Of a stretch of DNA of 64,000 bases, positions 1-12,468 are shown piece after piece. Source of the stretch: Vermamoeba vermiformis (Eukaryota); the NCBI GenBank assembly GCA_045837725.1, contig JBEWZL010000220.1, forward strand, positions 186,001 through 250,000, given 5' to 3'. The notes beneath the pieces were generated by a model. The model saw only the letters and a list, made by a program, of their open reading frames with translations. It did no database searches and had not been told where the DNA came from. Position numbers and translations under genes: made by a program. Each line of letters begins with the position of its first letter. The first letter of the stretch is position 1.

Positions 1-1858
1 TGAATTTAAACCTTTAAATTAAACAATACTAATTTCGTTTGATATCTTCAGGACAACGCCTGTCAACGCTCCTATGCGCAGCTTTTGTCCTACATTTCCG
101 AACCCTCGTATTCCACCTGCAACTACGAATCTAACTATCGCTTTCGAAGTGACATTTAATCAAGACGTATTTGAGGTACGTTAACTTTTAGTTGTGTGTA
201 AGCCGGCCCATTAGAACTAACGAATATCCCATCAGATCTACGCCAACAACGAATTCTTGTTCGCAGCAGTGCTGGTGCTCGATAAGACGCAGCCGTACAC
301 GATTGGATTTGCCGGTGCTTCTGGTGCATCGAATATGAAGCAGTACATCAGTGATTGGTCCAAAACAACGAATAATCCGCCCTACTCCAATTACACGTTC
401 ACTACGAATGATTTGACTACCGCTGGTAGCGCTACAGTTTTGCCCTCGAACCAAGTCCAAATGTCAAACAGCAATGGTCTAGCGGTGTACACGACACCTT
501 TGCCTGCTCGTCTTGGCTTCACAACGTCGTTTCAATGGAGGCCAACAAATTGCACGAGTGACTCGGGCTTCACGTTCTTTTTGACCACAACACCTGCCTC
601 GACTATCACTGTCAGCTCGTACAATGACGATGCAGGCTATGGCACGTCAATGTTGGCACAACTGACGTCGTTTACAGTGCACTACACGAGCAGTCTGTTC
701 ACTGCCTATTTTGGGTAAGTCAATGTCAAATCCCTCTGGCCCGCAAGTTCAAACTAACACTCGTGACGTAGTTCTACAATTGGCGAATCAAAATTGTACT
801 CTTTCCCGTTGAATCTGACGGCTGTTAGCTGTACCGACGCACTGACCGTGAAATTTGAGTACACGCAATCCAATCTGATTCGCGTAAGTGAAAGATATAT
901 ATACCTTACACGTGATTGGTTGCTTAACATAATTTAGGTCTACTTGATGAATGTACTTGTGGGCACCATTGATGACAGGACGAATGCTATTATCAACCCG
1001 TCGTTGTACTATGTCGGTGTGAGTGGCACTGAAGGCACTCTCTCGCAGTGGACTTACTCGTCAGTGGGCTGTCAATCAAGCGCCAGTTCAATTACAACTT
1101 CAAAGACACCGTTGTCAACACACTGGGCACAGCATTAGTCCTCAACAACGCACTTCGCTTGACGACAGGTGGCAGTGAGTCGGGAGTGGCGTACTATCCC
1201 TTGCCTGTTTATGCTCACACTGGATTCTTGTCGTCATTGACGTGGACTCCGACTAATTGCGATGCAGCCAACAACGGTGCTGACGGGTAAGTCCTACACT
1301 TGAGTCCAGTGCTCTGTTTGATACTAAGGTGCTTCTTGTAGCTTCACATTGTTCTTGTCAAAGAGTGCGCCACAACAATCAGAAGTGTACTTGTCGAGCG
1401 GAGGATTGTTGGGCGTTGGTTCAGTGCCGAATGTGATCATGTTCGCGTACAGTGCCACTTACAACGAGTTCTACGTTTGCAATTGGTACGCACTAGCTGA
1501 ATCAAGACTGATATGACACTAATACTTAAATTAGGACATCGCCTCTCACTGACAATTTCCGTTGGGCGTGCAATGTTGTCGTTCAGTCACCAGTAGCAAA
1601 ATTGACTTGTTCCGGAACATTCAACTTTGGCTATAGCTACGACGGACAAGTGTTTACCGTAAGTGGCTTATTATTAAAATTTACTGTAAATACGCAATGC
1701 TAATATTTCTTCTTAGCTGCGAGTGAACTCGGTGACGTTTGTGACCGCTAACGTGAAGTTGGATCCAGTGCCGTACTACGTCGGTCTGTCAGGCGCAACA
1801 GGTGGAGGATACTTCACAAGACGTAACGAATTGGCTGTTCAACAGCACTGCTGTTTAA
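1..1858 (+). CDS. Multi-domain legume-type (ConA-like) lectin-fold protein, 5' part outside window, multi-exon, two frame breaks
   Basis: Three repeated modules, the two complete ones beginning F/Y.Y.F...G.A...L.LT..G.A.Y..P and all three ending Y.G.[AS]G...W; GADG/DSGFTF motif; GT-AG introns; frame breaks near 1065-1085 and 1807; TAA 1856-1858. Confidence 0.6.
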
Positions 1859-1961
1859 GCTAAGGAACGCAAGTAAAAAAGATTAATAGGCCGATACCTA
1901 CGTTTTTTTTTACGACCTACAGCCGTCGATCCACTTTTTTAGTTATTCTCAGTCGCATAAG

Positions 1962-3413
1962 ATGAGGCCCCACGTAGTATTATTGGTAATATTGGCGTAT
2001 TTAATTAGTATAACTGTTGTCTACGCGTGGTGTGGTACGCATGTTCCGTACATTAGTCATACCTCGAGTAGATCTACGTGTTATAGAAATTATTGCGACA
2101 CCGAAGAAGGAAGGTATTGTCATTAATATATTAAGCGCTTGAAGGTCTTATTATTGAATAATTTATTTATAATTTTATCGAATTAATTTTCGTTTTTTAA
2201 AGGTCTGCGTATTATTTCAGCTCCAATGACTCTCAAATCTACGACGTCAAGATTAACGCCATCGTGTTTGAAAACATTAATAATAATCAAGAACTCAGGC
2301 AACGATACGAAGAATCCGTACGTTAAATTTTTATTCAGTCACCTACAAAAATTAATAGGATTTAATAGAATTAGATTCTAATCTATTGAATTGCAGATAG
2401 AGATTTGCAAAGAGAGATTCCTCTCATTACTCGGAATAAAATTAACGGTCAACACTACTGTAACCGAAAATCAGTTGTTGGATGTCGGCAGCACACCTAA
2501 AAGAAACTTGTCGATGGGCGATCAAACGGCTGCGCAATTTTACAAACCAGGGGAGATGACAATCTTGTTTATGTACATCAGTGATTATGACCTATTGGGC
2601 TATGCTTCTCAATTCCCGTGGGAACTGGATCCAAACGATTTGTCCAAGTCTTACGCAGTCGTCAGCTTAGACGATCGTGCTTTAGGTGCTCAAAAAAATA
2701 CGCTTATGCACGAAATAGGTCACATGCTAGGTACCTACTCATTACAAGCACAGTTAATATTTGGAATGAAGTAGTTGCTGGATCTGTTACCAATATTCTT
2801 TCTTCTTACAGGCCTCCAACACGTATTCGAAGAATATGGATGTGCACCGTGCTCAGAGACCGTTAACAGTCCCGATCGTAATGCTGTTGGCGACTATTGT
2901 AACGATACTTTGCCGATGTGGTCTGAGAGTCGTTGTAACGGCTATTTAGATCAACGTAAGAACTATTTAATCAATAGTATTCAATAGATATATTTATTAA
3001 GTACATCCCTCAAAACAGTATTAAATTACATCGCAGAAATTCTAAGAATTAAAATTAATTTCAATTTTGTAGCACTCGATTGCAATGGCGCAGAAATTGG
3101 TCCCTATGACGAATTGCCTCTAACAAATTACATGGCATACACGGAGGACTCGTGTCAAACACTCGGATTCACGCGTCAACAAGCAGCACGAGCGCGTTGT
3201 TACCTCAACACTACGTTGAGCTTTTACCTGAGACCCGGTCCCTCAGACACGGTGCCGTTCAATGTCGATTATACGCCTGCTGATTTCTACGGAGGGAAGC
3301 CCATTCCACCACCCCTGCCATCCGGATCAGATCGAAAAATTGGTCAAGTGATGGTACTTTGGCGACTGATATGTTTAACCTTCTCTATTTTGACTGTCTA
3401 TAATATTTATTAA
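1962..3413 (+). CDS. Secreted M43 (pappalysin-family) metzincin metalloprotease, paralog A, 5 exons
   Basis: Signal peptide MRPHVVLLV, WCGT cysteine switch, spliced HEIGHMLGLQH zinc motif, GDYCNDT, Met-turn NYMAY, hydrophobic C-terminus. Confidence 0.85.
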
Positions 3414-3492
3414 GCTGACTTCGCTAATAAACGATTATTACAATTGTAGTCGACTGACTTTTTGACCGTTACAATTTTTAATTAAAGTTAAA

Positions 3493-4668
3493 CTATGTAC
3501 CTTCGCCTTCAAGGCTCTCGTTATCGGACCAATAATCAGGTGCATAGAAGTACGAGTACTCGTCAACTTGTTCTTTAATCGCTGCTATCCTCGCTGGAAT
3601 CAGATCCAATAGGTCATGGTTTGTAACGAGATGTTTGTACTTTCTGTTAATAATTTCAAGGCCATAAATGCTCTCATCGACTTCTAAGAAATGCTTCACG
3701 ATGTCGTCAATCCAGTTTACGTCTATTTTTGGATGTTCGAGCAAGATCGGGATCGCACCTCTAGCCGCTTCCTTCAGAGCAATGACTAATGGATTAATAT
3801 CGTACGGCTCTAATGTTATAATCACTCTTTCATCGTCTAATAACAGCTTGATAATATTGACAGACGATTTTGAACTGTTCTTAATCGTTACTCGTAATCC
3901 GTGGTTGGATTCAGCAGACGGATCCAAATTGTACTTGGCTATAACCTCTTTGACCATCTCTAATCTATCATCGTGACAGTATCCTATCGCCTCCCAAAGC
4001 GCGTTAATATTGTCTGGCTCGTATAATTTCGGCAATTTTAAGAACTTGTCGAGCAGATCCTGTCTATTGCCATATCTCTTAACAATAGGGTACAAATCAA
4101 TAGACTTCGCTCTTAGACATATTTCTGCAACTCGTTTATCGTAGTTATAAGTTGCTTTGTCGAATTTCTCTGTGTCTATTGTTTCTAAATTTGGATCTTC
4201 AATAAATAACTCCAATGCCTCAGCTTTTATTGCGTGATATACTCCGGTGCGGAAGATGATTTTTTGTTTGAATAATTTTTTTGTAATTATATCTTGAATT
4301 ACGTCAAGCCAATTTAATGTAACTGCGCGTTGGAAGATCCGATCGACTTGCAACCCTTCAGCAGGGTATTGTACGAATAGCATATTCGATTTTTTATCTT
4401 CATATGCAGCACCAACAGCGATATTCAAAGCACTTGGTGAAGTGTAACGCGGATCTCTGAGCAAAACAGCCACAAGTTGATAATTTCGGGCTAAAATTGC
4501 AATTTTGAGCATTTGATTCGCCCTTGAAATTGCTTTAGGATCGTTGACTATATTATTAATAGCTATTTGGTGCCATTTCTTGGAGACAACGAGCCAAGCC
4601 ACGGGGCAATACGGCACAATGCAATGTTCGATTATTTCGAGCGGTAAATCCCCGAGAATTGAATCCAT
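3493..4668 (-). CDS. N-terminal F-box-like plus ankyrin-repeat protein, intronless CDS
   Basis: LGDLPLEIIEHCI...VSKKWHQIA is F-box-like; degenerate ankyrin units VAVLLRDPRY, LDPSAESNHGLR, IKLLLDDERV, ILLEHPKIDVN. Confidence 0.7.
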   Translation of the reverse strand: MDSILGDLPLEIIEHCIVPYCPVAWLVVSKKWHQIAINNIVNDPKAISRANQMLKIAILARNYQLVAVLLRDPRYTSPSALNIAVGAAYEDKKSNMLFVQYPAEGLQVDRIFQRAVTLNWLDVIQDIITKKLFKQKIIFRTGVYHAIKAEALELFIEDPNLETIDTEKFDKATYNYDKRVAEICLRAKSIDLYPIVKRYGNRQDLLDKFLKLPKLYEPDNINALWEAIGYCHDDRLEMVKEVIAKYNLDPSAESNHGLRVTIKNSSKSSVNIIKLLLDDERVIITLEPYDINPLVIALKEAARGAIPILLEHPKIDVNWIDDIVKHFLEVDESIYGLEIINRKYKHLVTNHDLLDLIPARIAAIKEQVDEYSYFYAPDYWSDNESLEGEGT

Positions 4669-5531
4669 GAAGATACAAATGATTATAGACCTGTAAAATT
4701 AATTAATAAAAATAAAATAAAATAAATCAAAAAAATGAAGGAACGAATCTGAATCTGGCACTGAACACGAACTTACTTTGGGGTGGTAACTGGTTACAGC
4801 AGTTAAATTCTGGTATTAGCAAATATTAATGGTGATATGTTTTTACTTTGTATTGATGTAAGGCGGTTGTGGTAAACACGCACGCGTAGATTATTTTGTT
4901 GTTTGTAACGTTTACCTCACCACCAACGCTACTACTGATCCTAGTAATGTGATATAATAGTTATAGTTTATATGCGGTAAGTTATTATTCGGCTCTATTC
5001 AGCTTTTTTGGCGCCATCTTTCGATCGAAAAGTTTCATCCTTGATGCCGCCTGCATAATAATATAAAACTCGTCGACTTAAATTTATTATATTTTTTTTG
5101 GAATAAAATCGTTTAGATCTATAATTAGTAAAATCAACGTGCCTCGTGCCAACGATCCCAAACTGATCTAAAGTAAAAAACATATACATAGATACGACTT
5201 CATATTCAAATACCACCAACCTCACAACCACAACCTGTACTTTGATGGCTACGGATCGATCCTTCCGCAGCGGGATTTGTATCCGCTACGGGAGATCGCA
5301 TACTTGCGTCTGTACAAAAACTACACGGCTAGATCATTCTTTGGCGCTAATTGGACTCGCGTTGGCACTGGTTTTGGATCCGAATTTTTTGGCGCGGCAG
5401 TACGTGTGTTTTTTAAACTTTCAGTCTCCATTTTTAGTATCGGTGTATTTTATCAAATTTAACTCGATCCAAAAATACCCTTCTTTCGGTTACTTACGCA
5501 TTTTACCTTACGCTTATCAGTCGTAAACAAC

Positions 5532-6837
5532 ATGAAGCATTTGTTGTATTTGCTCGTTGGCTTGATCGCCATTGCCACTATTGTGGATGCACGTTGCGGT
5601 ACTAAGCGAGTCTCTTACTCCAATGGCCGTGGCAAAGCTACTTGCATGAAAACCAACTGCGATACTGAAGCTGGAAGGTATGAAACACAAGCGGCAATAT
5701 TGGCAATTATAATTAATTTTTTGTACCGGCAGATCTTCTTACTACTTCACCGAAGGATCCTCGACCATTTATTCTTTCAAAGTGAATGCTATTCTCTTTG
5801 GCGACAAAAACGATGCTAATTTGGTCCAGAGCTTCGATACTATTGTAAGTATTTTGGATGCATCCAACCGAAATAACTTTAACTTTAAAATTCTTATTTA
5901 CTTTATATTTCATTTATAATTGCTAACTTGAATGTCAAATAGATGGACGATTTCAAAACGAAGTACAGATCAGCCCTCGGCATTGATTTGACTATCGGCA
6001 AAACGATCGTCTCCGATGAGTACCAATCCGTTTTGTCTAACGACACCGAAACTCACAAAGCCATGGCTACCAAGTACTACAAACAAGGAGAAATGACTTT
6101 AATGCTTTCTGCGTTCGAAGAAACAAGTACACTTTTAGGCTACGCCAATTTCCCTTGGGATATTGATACCAACAATCTTGCTGGCTACTTCACTATTATC
6201 TCGCGTTCTACCGATACTATGAGCCCTGGTAACACTACTATTTACCACGAGGTCGGCCATATGCTTGGTAAGTGAACGGAAAAAGTCATTATCGAAATCC
6301 GGATGTGACCCGCTGCTGTATTAACATCCTTCTATGATAGGTTTGTTGCACGTTTTTAATGAAGACGATGATTGCGACGTTTGCATTGAGCTTCCTAGCA
6401 GCCCCGATCGCAACGTGGTTGGCGATTTTTGTAACGACACTTTGCCCATGAGAAACGAACCTAGCTGCACTACGTTGAAGTACAGTAAGTATTATAAAAA
6501 ATCAGTTATTATATTACCAGTTTAGGCTTCTTACTAAACAAGTCAATTATTAGGCAAGAATTGCAAAGGCGAAGATTTTGCGCCGTTGGAACAATTGCCC
6601 GTGAACAACTACATGGCATACTCCACGGACACTTGCCAGACCCTCGGCTTCACCCCGCAACAAGTCGCTCGTGCTCGTTGCTACCTCGGTACTACGCTCA
6701 GTTCAATCCTTACGAGCACCGGTGCTCCTCAAGCTGGATCCACTCCCAGCAGCACTCCTAAAAAGGCCTCAGATGCGACCACTGTTGCTGGTACCTTCGC
6801 TTTGTCGCTTACTGCTTTGGCGGCTGTTGCTTTTTAA
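5532..6837 (+). CDS. Secreted M43 (pappalysin-family) metalloprotease, paralog B, 5 exons
   Basis: Signal peptide, RCGT switch, spliced HEVGHMLGLLH, GDFCNDT, NYMAY; same intron positions as paralog A; GPI-like tail. Confidence 0.85.
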
Positions 6838-7500
6838 AGTCGATTATTCGTGCGCTTAATTAACAAAAATCAAATAAAAACATTGGCGCCTAATTGAAAG
6901 GTCTGTTTTTATTGCGTATCAACCTGGTTAAAAATACTGACGAATTTAAGTACACGTTACTAGTCCGAACGTTCGGTATGGGCTATCAAGGCTTAAAATG
7001 TACGATCTCTCAGTTTTTTGAGATCCAATCAAAAAAAATGCACAATAATTCTAGAATTATCTTATTAATTGAAATACGATCCTACGAGAATAATTGCACG
7101 TTTTGCAACGTTCGAGGTCAATAAGTCATCCACGCACAAGACTATGGCAGATCTACTAGTTAAAAATTTGATTTGAAATCTTTTGGCGTTAGATACAATA
7201 GGATGCTATGGTTTGATTGTTTCCATTGATTTCAGAATTTTCTACTAATTAGCCGAAGAGATTTCCGCAACTAATCGAAGAGCATGCTCCTCCATCTAAC
7301 AACCTCGTCAAACACAACGGATTGAATAATGCAGGATTAACCCCACCGAAAGATCAGCAAATTTCAATTTTTTGTTTCGGATCTGGCAGATCTCGGAACA
7401 CAAATTGAGCCCTGGTAGAACTGCCCTGGCAAACTGCAAAAAACGCCTTAATTTGATATTGCCGATCATAGTATAACTTCGACATGTCCTATCTCGCAGG

Positions 7501-7630
7501 TATATAAATGATTCAGTTTGTGTTGTGAGCCCATTTATTTTGTTACCTTGACTCGATCACCACAAAAGGTAGGTCTGAACTTCTTCCAAGCTTCCGCTTT
7601 ACCTTCCTAAATATTAATAATATTATTTAG
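7501..7630 (+). promoter_or_regulatory. Putative TATA box, initiator-like TCAGTT and 5'-UTR intron (7569-7630) of the ZIP gene
   Basis: TATATAAA at 7501-7508; AAG|GTAGGT donor; TTATTTAG acceptor 25 nt before the ATG. Confidence 0.4.
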
Positions 7631-7655
7631 ACCCATTCCGACACCATCTATTTCA

Positions 7656-8786
7656 ATGAGCGACAATTCTACTGCCGTTTGTGGAGGAGTTCAAGCGATC
7701 GACGACTACGATCTCAATCTGCACGTCGCTGGCCTCTTTATCGTCTTAGGAGTCAGTGCTATAGGAGTATTAGGTGCCATAGGCCTTACTTCAAGCAAAG
7801 TCGGCCAACGAAACCACAGACTGCTCTTCGCCATCCAAATCCTGAAGTTCTTCGGCATTGGAGTCATCGTAGCTACTGCCTGGATTCATATTCTACCCAA
7901 CGCCTTCAGTGCCTTTTCAGACCCTTGCTTATTGCAGATCGGAGACTGGGCTGCTTATGGGATCAAGTGAGTAGATGTGACACGTATTTTTATTCAATTA
8001 ATTAACACATTTTAAATTAGCTACGTTGGTCTGTTCGGCATGCTTGCTGCGTTTCTCGTCCAGGGCATCGAGTTTGGTGTCATTGCTCGCCACGACGTCA
8101 TGAAACGAAAACAACAAAACGATCAGAAAACTGCAGTCGATCCGTCAACCTGCCAAGACTCGGCACTAACCCATGAAGCTTCTATTGAAGACGAAGATGC
8201 GCCCAATACTAAGGGCCACGAACATCATGCAGGAGGTTTGCACGACATCACAGGCCATTCTCATGGTGTCGCTCACGCTGTCACATCCGAAGACGCCGCA
8301 GCCAAGGACATTGGTACTTTAATACTAGAACTAGGTATTATGGTCCATTCAGTGCTTATTGGACTTGAACTCGGCACTACTACAGGCACAGATTACATCA
8401 GTTTGCTGATCGCGATCTGTTTCCACCAGCTCTTTGAAGGCATGGCACTGGGCGTCAGAATTGCCGAACTTAAACACGTCAAAAGATTAGCAGCACGTCT
8501 CGGCATTGGCTGCGCATATCCCATAACAACTCCGATAGGCATAGCTATTGGTATTGGCGTGCACTACTCTTACGAGCCTTCATCGCCCCTTTCGCTCCTG
8601 TCCCAAGCCATCATCGACAGTCTTGCAGCAGGAATTCTCATCTAGAACTCGTACGTGGAACTCATTTCCATGGAGATGAACCAGAGCCAAAGCTTCAGAG
8701 CCCAAAAACCAATCAAACAATTCGCTTGCTTCCTCAGCTTGTATATCGGTGCTGCCGCCATGGCTATTTTAGCTATGTGGGCTTAA
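7656..8786 (+). CDS. ZIP-family (Zrt1-like) zinc/iron transporter with in-frame TAG at 8643-8645
   Basis: KFFGIGVIVATAWIHILP, His-rich loop, LELGIMVHSVLIG, FHQLFEGMALG; the frame continues past the TAG as NSYVELI...AMAILAMWA to TAA 8784-8786. Confidence 0.85.
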
Positions 8787-8913
8787 TAACATTGCAAAAT
8801 AAAAACATCATACAACTAATTTTGATATTTACCTGAACGGATCGATTTCTAACGGATTTAAAATATTTACAGATAGGTTCAATATATTACAAAGCTGCTC
8901 GATAATACGTCTA

Positions 8914-10635
8914 CTATTGAGCATTACGATTAGCGTACGGAAATACTTTCTCGCGCACAGGTGAGAAGTATAGAGCGAGCACAATGATCAAGGTGACAGC
9001 CCCAGCACATCCAACCACAATACCAATTATGGCCCCTATAGGCAATAACGGCTCATCAATGACTTGACCACAATCAATGCTCTGTTGTGTCGTGATGAGA
9101 AGTGTCAGTTGCGCTGGATCTTTGTTCGGTTTGCCCGTGAAAGTTACACAATCGTCTTGTTGGTTCTCTGCGACAATTTCGATTGCATCAAATGAGCCAT
9201 TAGCGCATTGTGTCAATAGTACCAGCACGTCTAATGTGTTGTTAGCGATGAGTTCTTCGTACTGTGGCTGCGATAAGACATATTTGAGAGTCCCAGCCAA
9301 ACTCGCGCAATTTGTCACCGTCACCACAGCCTCATTTGAAATGACCAGTACTGTCGTTTGATTCAAATTTAGATCCTCTACTGTAACAGAACTGTTCACT
9401 GAAACAACAACAATTGGTGGATCCGGCAAAGGCGTCGGAGACAATGGCGTTGATGGTGATAACGGTGGTGTTGGAGGTAATGGCCCGGACGATTGTGGAA
9501 TGTTTCCGATTGGTGTATTTGAGCTGAAGATATCTCCGGTCAACAAAAAGTCAACGGTATTGAGTTCCGTGCCGTTGACAAAATACAGTCTGAAAGTCGT
9601 GCTGTTCAATTGCACGACGTCAATTAAGGAGGTCGCAGTGAGTCCCAAAATTCCATCTATAATCTGAGGTATCGTCGTCGATGTTAATTGATATTTTGCC
9701 ATAAAGCTCATAGTTCCACTTTGCAACACTAAAAGACTAATCAAAACTCCATCGTACTGAGCCACATCCGATTGAAAAAGCAAAGAAGATCGACTGGCGA
9801 CTCCAGATACCGTCTCCCTATCTTGAGCATTGCCTAAGTATATCTGTTCATATAGTCCACTGCGTAAGCCAGTCAAGTAATAGTCTCCATTGTAGAGGAA
9901 AGATTCTTGCAGATCCGGTGGAGTCGTATAGAGCGGCAAATTTCTTCTAAAAGTGTTGTCTATAGTACCAGTCTCATATGTTTGAATATCTGTTTGTAGC
10001 AATGCGTATTGAAAAGAACTTGCCGCAACGGACTCGATCGGGATGCAGATGTCGGTTGTAAGATTCGTGTATATTGATAGAGCAACCCCATGAAGATTAT
10101 AGAATTGGCACTGAGCACCATTACCATCCGCATAAGTCATCGTCCAGGTAAATTCTGCAGGGTAGTTATTGTCAGCGAGGTGGATGTCGACAAACGAAGC
10201 AGCATAAAGTATGTCGCTTTCTATGTACGAGAGACCAGTATCATACGTTAATCTATATAAATTGGGTCCAATGCTGTAAAAAATAAAAAATTTTGCGCCA
10301 TTACAACCGATCCCGTGGACAACCGATGGAGTTAGGGTCCAACTGATTGGCTGTGCGCTGGGCGGTAGCCAAAGTTTTATACCACCAGAAGGGTTAGCTG
10401 CTATGGGAAAATAATCCAAGCCATGGAAGCAAGTTTTAAATTTTGTACCAGCCAAACTCACATCCCATCTACTCCAGGTTTGAGAGATTATAGTAACCGT
10501 GCCTAATTTATCATTAATAATTTATATTTCTAATTAATTTGTTGAGGTGTTTTTTCGTAATTACTTACCTACGCTAGACGAAATTAAGCTCAACAAAACA
10601 AGTCCAAATAAATACCAGTGCGCTATTTTATGCAT
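8914..10635 (-). CDS. Type I membrane/cell-surface protein of unknown function, 2 exons
   Basis: Signal exon MHKIAHWYLFGLVLLSLISSSV splices in frame to the 515-aa ORF; Pro/Ser/Thr stalk; TM IGAIIGIVVGCAGAVTLIIVLALYF; short tail REKVFPY. Confidence 0.7.
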
Positions 10636-10874
10636 CTCTCGTATATACATTATAATCGATTATAGCGCATTGTTGTTAATAAACCTTAAATCATTCTAAA
10701 AAGACGTTTACAATAAGCCGAAAATATATTTTATCGGCGGGCTAAAAATAGATAGGTGTACAACAAATCGATTAATGGTATATATTTATAAATATGTATT
10801 CTATGCTACCGCTTACGAAAAGACAATTTATGACTAATAGGCAGGTTGTTCGTTCAAGCCAGACGGACATCCGC

Positions 10875-12008
10875 TTACAAATTTAAATTGATGCTTTTTA
10901 AATGAATAGCAGCAGGTCCAACCTCATCGTATTCCGATTTGAGTGTCGAGAATTTCTTAAAGCTATCCATTGTAGCGATTATTGAACCTCCTTGCCAAGC
11001 ATTAACCACTCGCTGAGGCGGAGCGATTACTTTGATCTGGCTGCTTGGCATTAACGCCGATAACTCCAGCGTTAGTCTTTCCTCGAAATTTTTAAAGAGA
11101 GAGCTACCACCAGCTAGCAGAATATTGCCATATAATTGCGATTGAATTGCTGGATCGCACTTACTAATCGAATCCATGACCAATTTTGGGAGTCCCATCG
11201 ATTCTAAGCCAACCATATCCGGTTTAAAATATAGTTCTGGGGTTTGGAATAGTTCTTGACCAAGAGTAATCGATTTGTCAAGTTCGTAACTCGGATGCTG
11301 GATTTGCTTTGTTTTTTCTTCTTCAAAGTTGAGTGCCACATATCCATATTGCTCTTTAATATTCCGAGCATGATCACGTGCCGATTCAGCAGGAAATTCA
11401 ACTCCCCGCTCAGCCAGTACTTTGAGGCAGTAATCGGTCAAATCTTGACCACCCAAGTCGAGTGAGCTCGTTGCGTCCTCTACAACCGCAAATTGGTGCA
11501 CAGGTACTATAGAGGTGGTAGCACCGCCAGCGTCTATGACTAAACCATCACCGCGCCCTGAAGCAATCAGTGCTAAGAGCGAGGGATTGGCTACAACCAA
11601 CGAGGGCACGCTGAAAGTTTCGAACATGCTTTGAGCTATTTTTTCGCGGTGAGACTTTGAATTGCGTAAAGACTCTGTAATTAATAAAGGTTGAGTCTCT
11701 GGAGATACGCGAAGCTCGGTATAAAATAGCAAGTGCCACATCCGCTCCATCGCATCCCAATCCGTAATTTCTCCACGTTCAATAGGGCCTCGAGAGATAT
11801 TGTATCCACGTCTCTTTGATATTAAGTCTTTTGTCCAGTCGTCCAGCTCGTTCCATTCTTCAGATGTGTAGTCTTGTTGAGTTTTGAAAGATCTGCTTCC
11901 ATGTTTCGCTGGAACGGTAGAAATTACCGCACATGGCATATCATCACCAGCAAAACCAGCTTTTAGTAGCGTAGTTCCATTATCAATTATTACAGGATTT
12001 TGCTCCAT
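10875..12008 (-). CDS. Divergent actin-related protein, intronless CDS
   Basis: IIDNGTTLLKAGFAGDD, PIERGEITDWDAME, MFETFSVP, DLGGQDLT, LAGGSSLF, AWQGGSI; ATG at 12008. Confidence 0.9.
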   Translation of the reverse strand: MEQNPVIIDNGTTLLKAGFAGDDMPCAVISTVPAKHGSRSFKTQQDYTSEEWNELDDWTKDLISKRRGYNISRGPIERGEITDWDAMERMWHLLFYTELRVSPETQPLLITESLRNSKSHREKIAQSMFETFSVPSLVVANPSLLALIASGRGDGLVIDAGGATTSIVPVHQFAVVEDATSSLDLGGQDLTDYCLKVLAERGVEFPAESARDHARNIKEQYGYVALNFEEEKTKQIQHPSYELDKSITLGQELFQTPELYFKPDMVGLESMGLPKLVMDSISKCDPAIQSQLYGNILLAGGSSLFKNFEERLTLELSALMPSSQIKVIAPPQRVVNAWQGGSIIATMDSFKKFSTLKSEYDEVGPAAIHLKSINLNL

Positions 12009-12468
12009 TTTAAATTTTAAAATTTCCTTCAATACGAGAGATTAACTATTAAAATGGAAATCATTTCTAAAATTAATTACTATATCTAATATAGAATAGT
12101 ATTTGCCAAATAAATACTAAATTGCGCACTTGCGAGTTTAAATTTAAGATCGCGTGTATCGATTAATCCCGCAATATTAATACTTACGTGTATATCGTGC
12201 TTGCTATAATTGTTGTCACTAGCACTGAATGTTAACAACAATTGTTGGTTGGGAAAATTGTCTCGTGCGACGTTTGGCTGTTAAAAAATCTAGATAGCAA
12301 ACACAACATCGTTTAAATCCAACAGTGTAATGAAATTATATTAGCATGATGTGGATATTTGTTGGGAGATGGAAAAGATCAGGATCCACGCTTTCCATAA
12401 AAGGAAATATAATAAATAGTCCTCAAAGCACTCCAGACCATTCGTAACAATTTTTTCTGTCAAACACC

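Noticed and set aside
1060-1815. Lectin gene as pseudogene or programmed frameshift
   Set aside because: Both breaks can be fixed by removing bases from short G/C runs, the same pattern as in Prp22 and the histidine kinase, so assembly error is more likely
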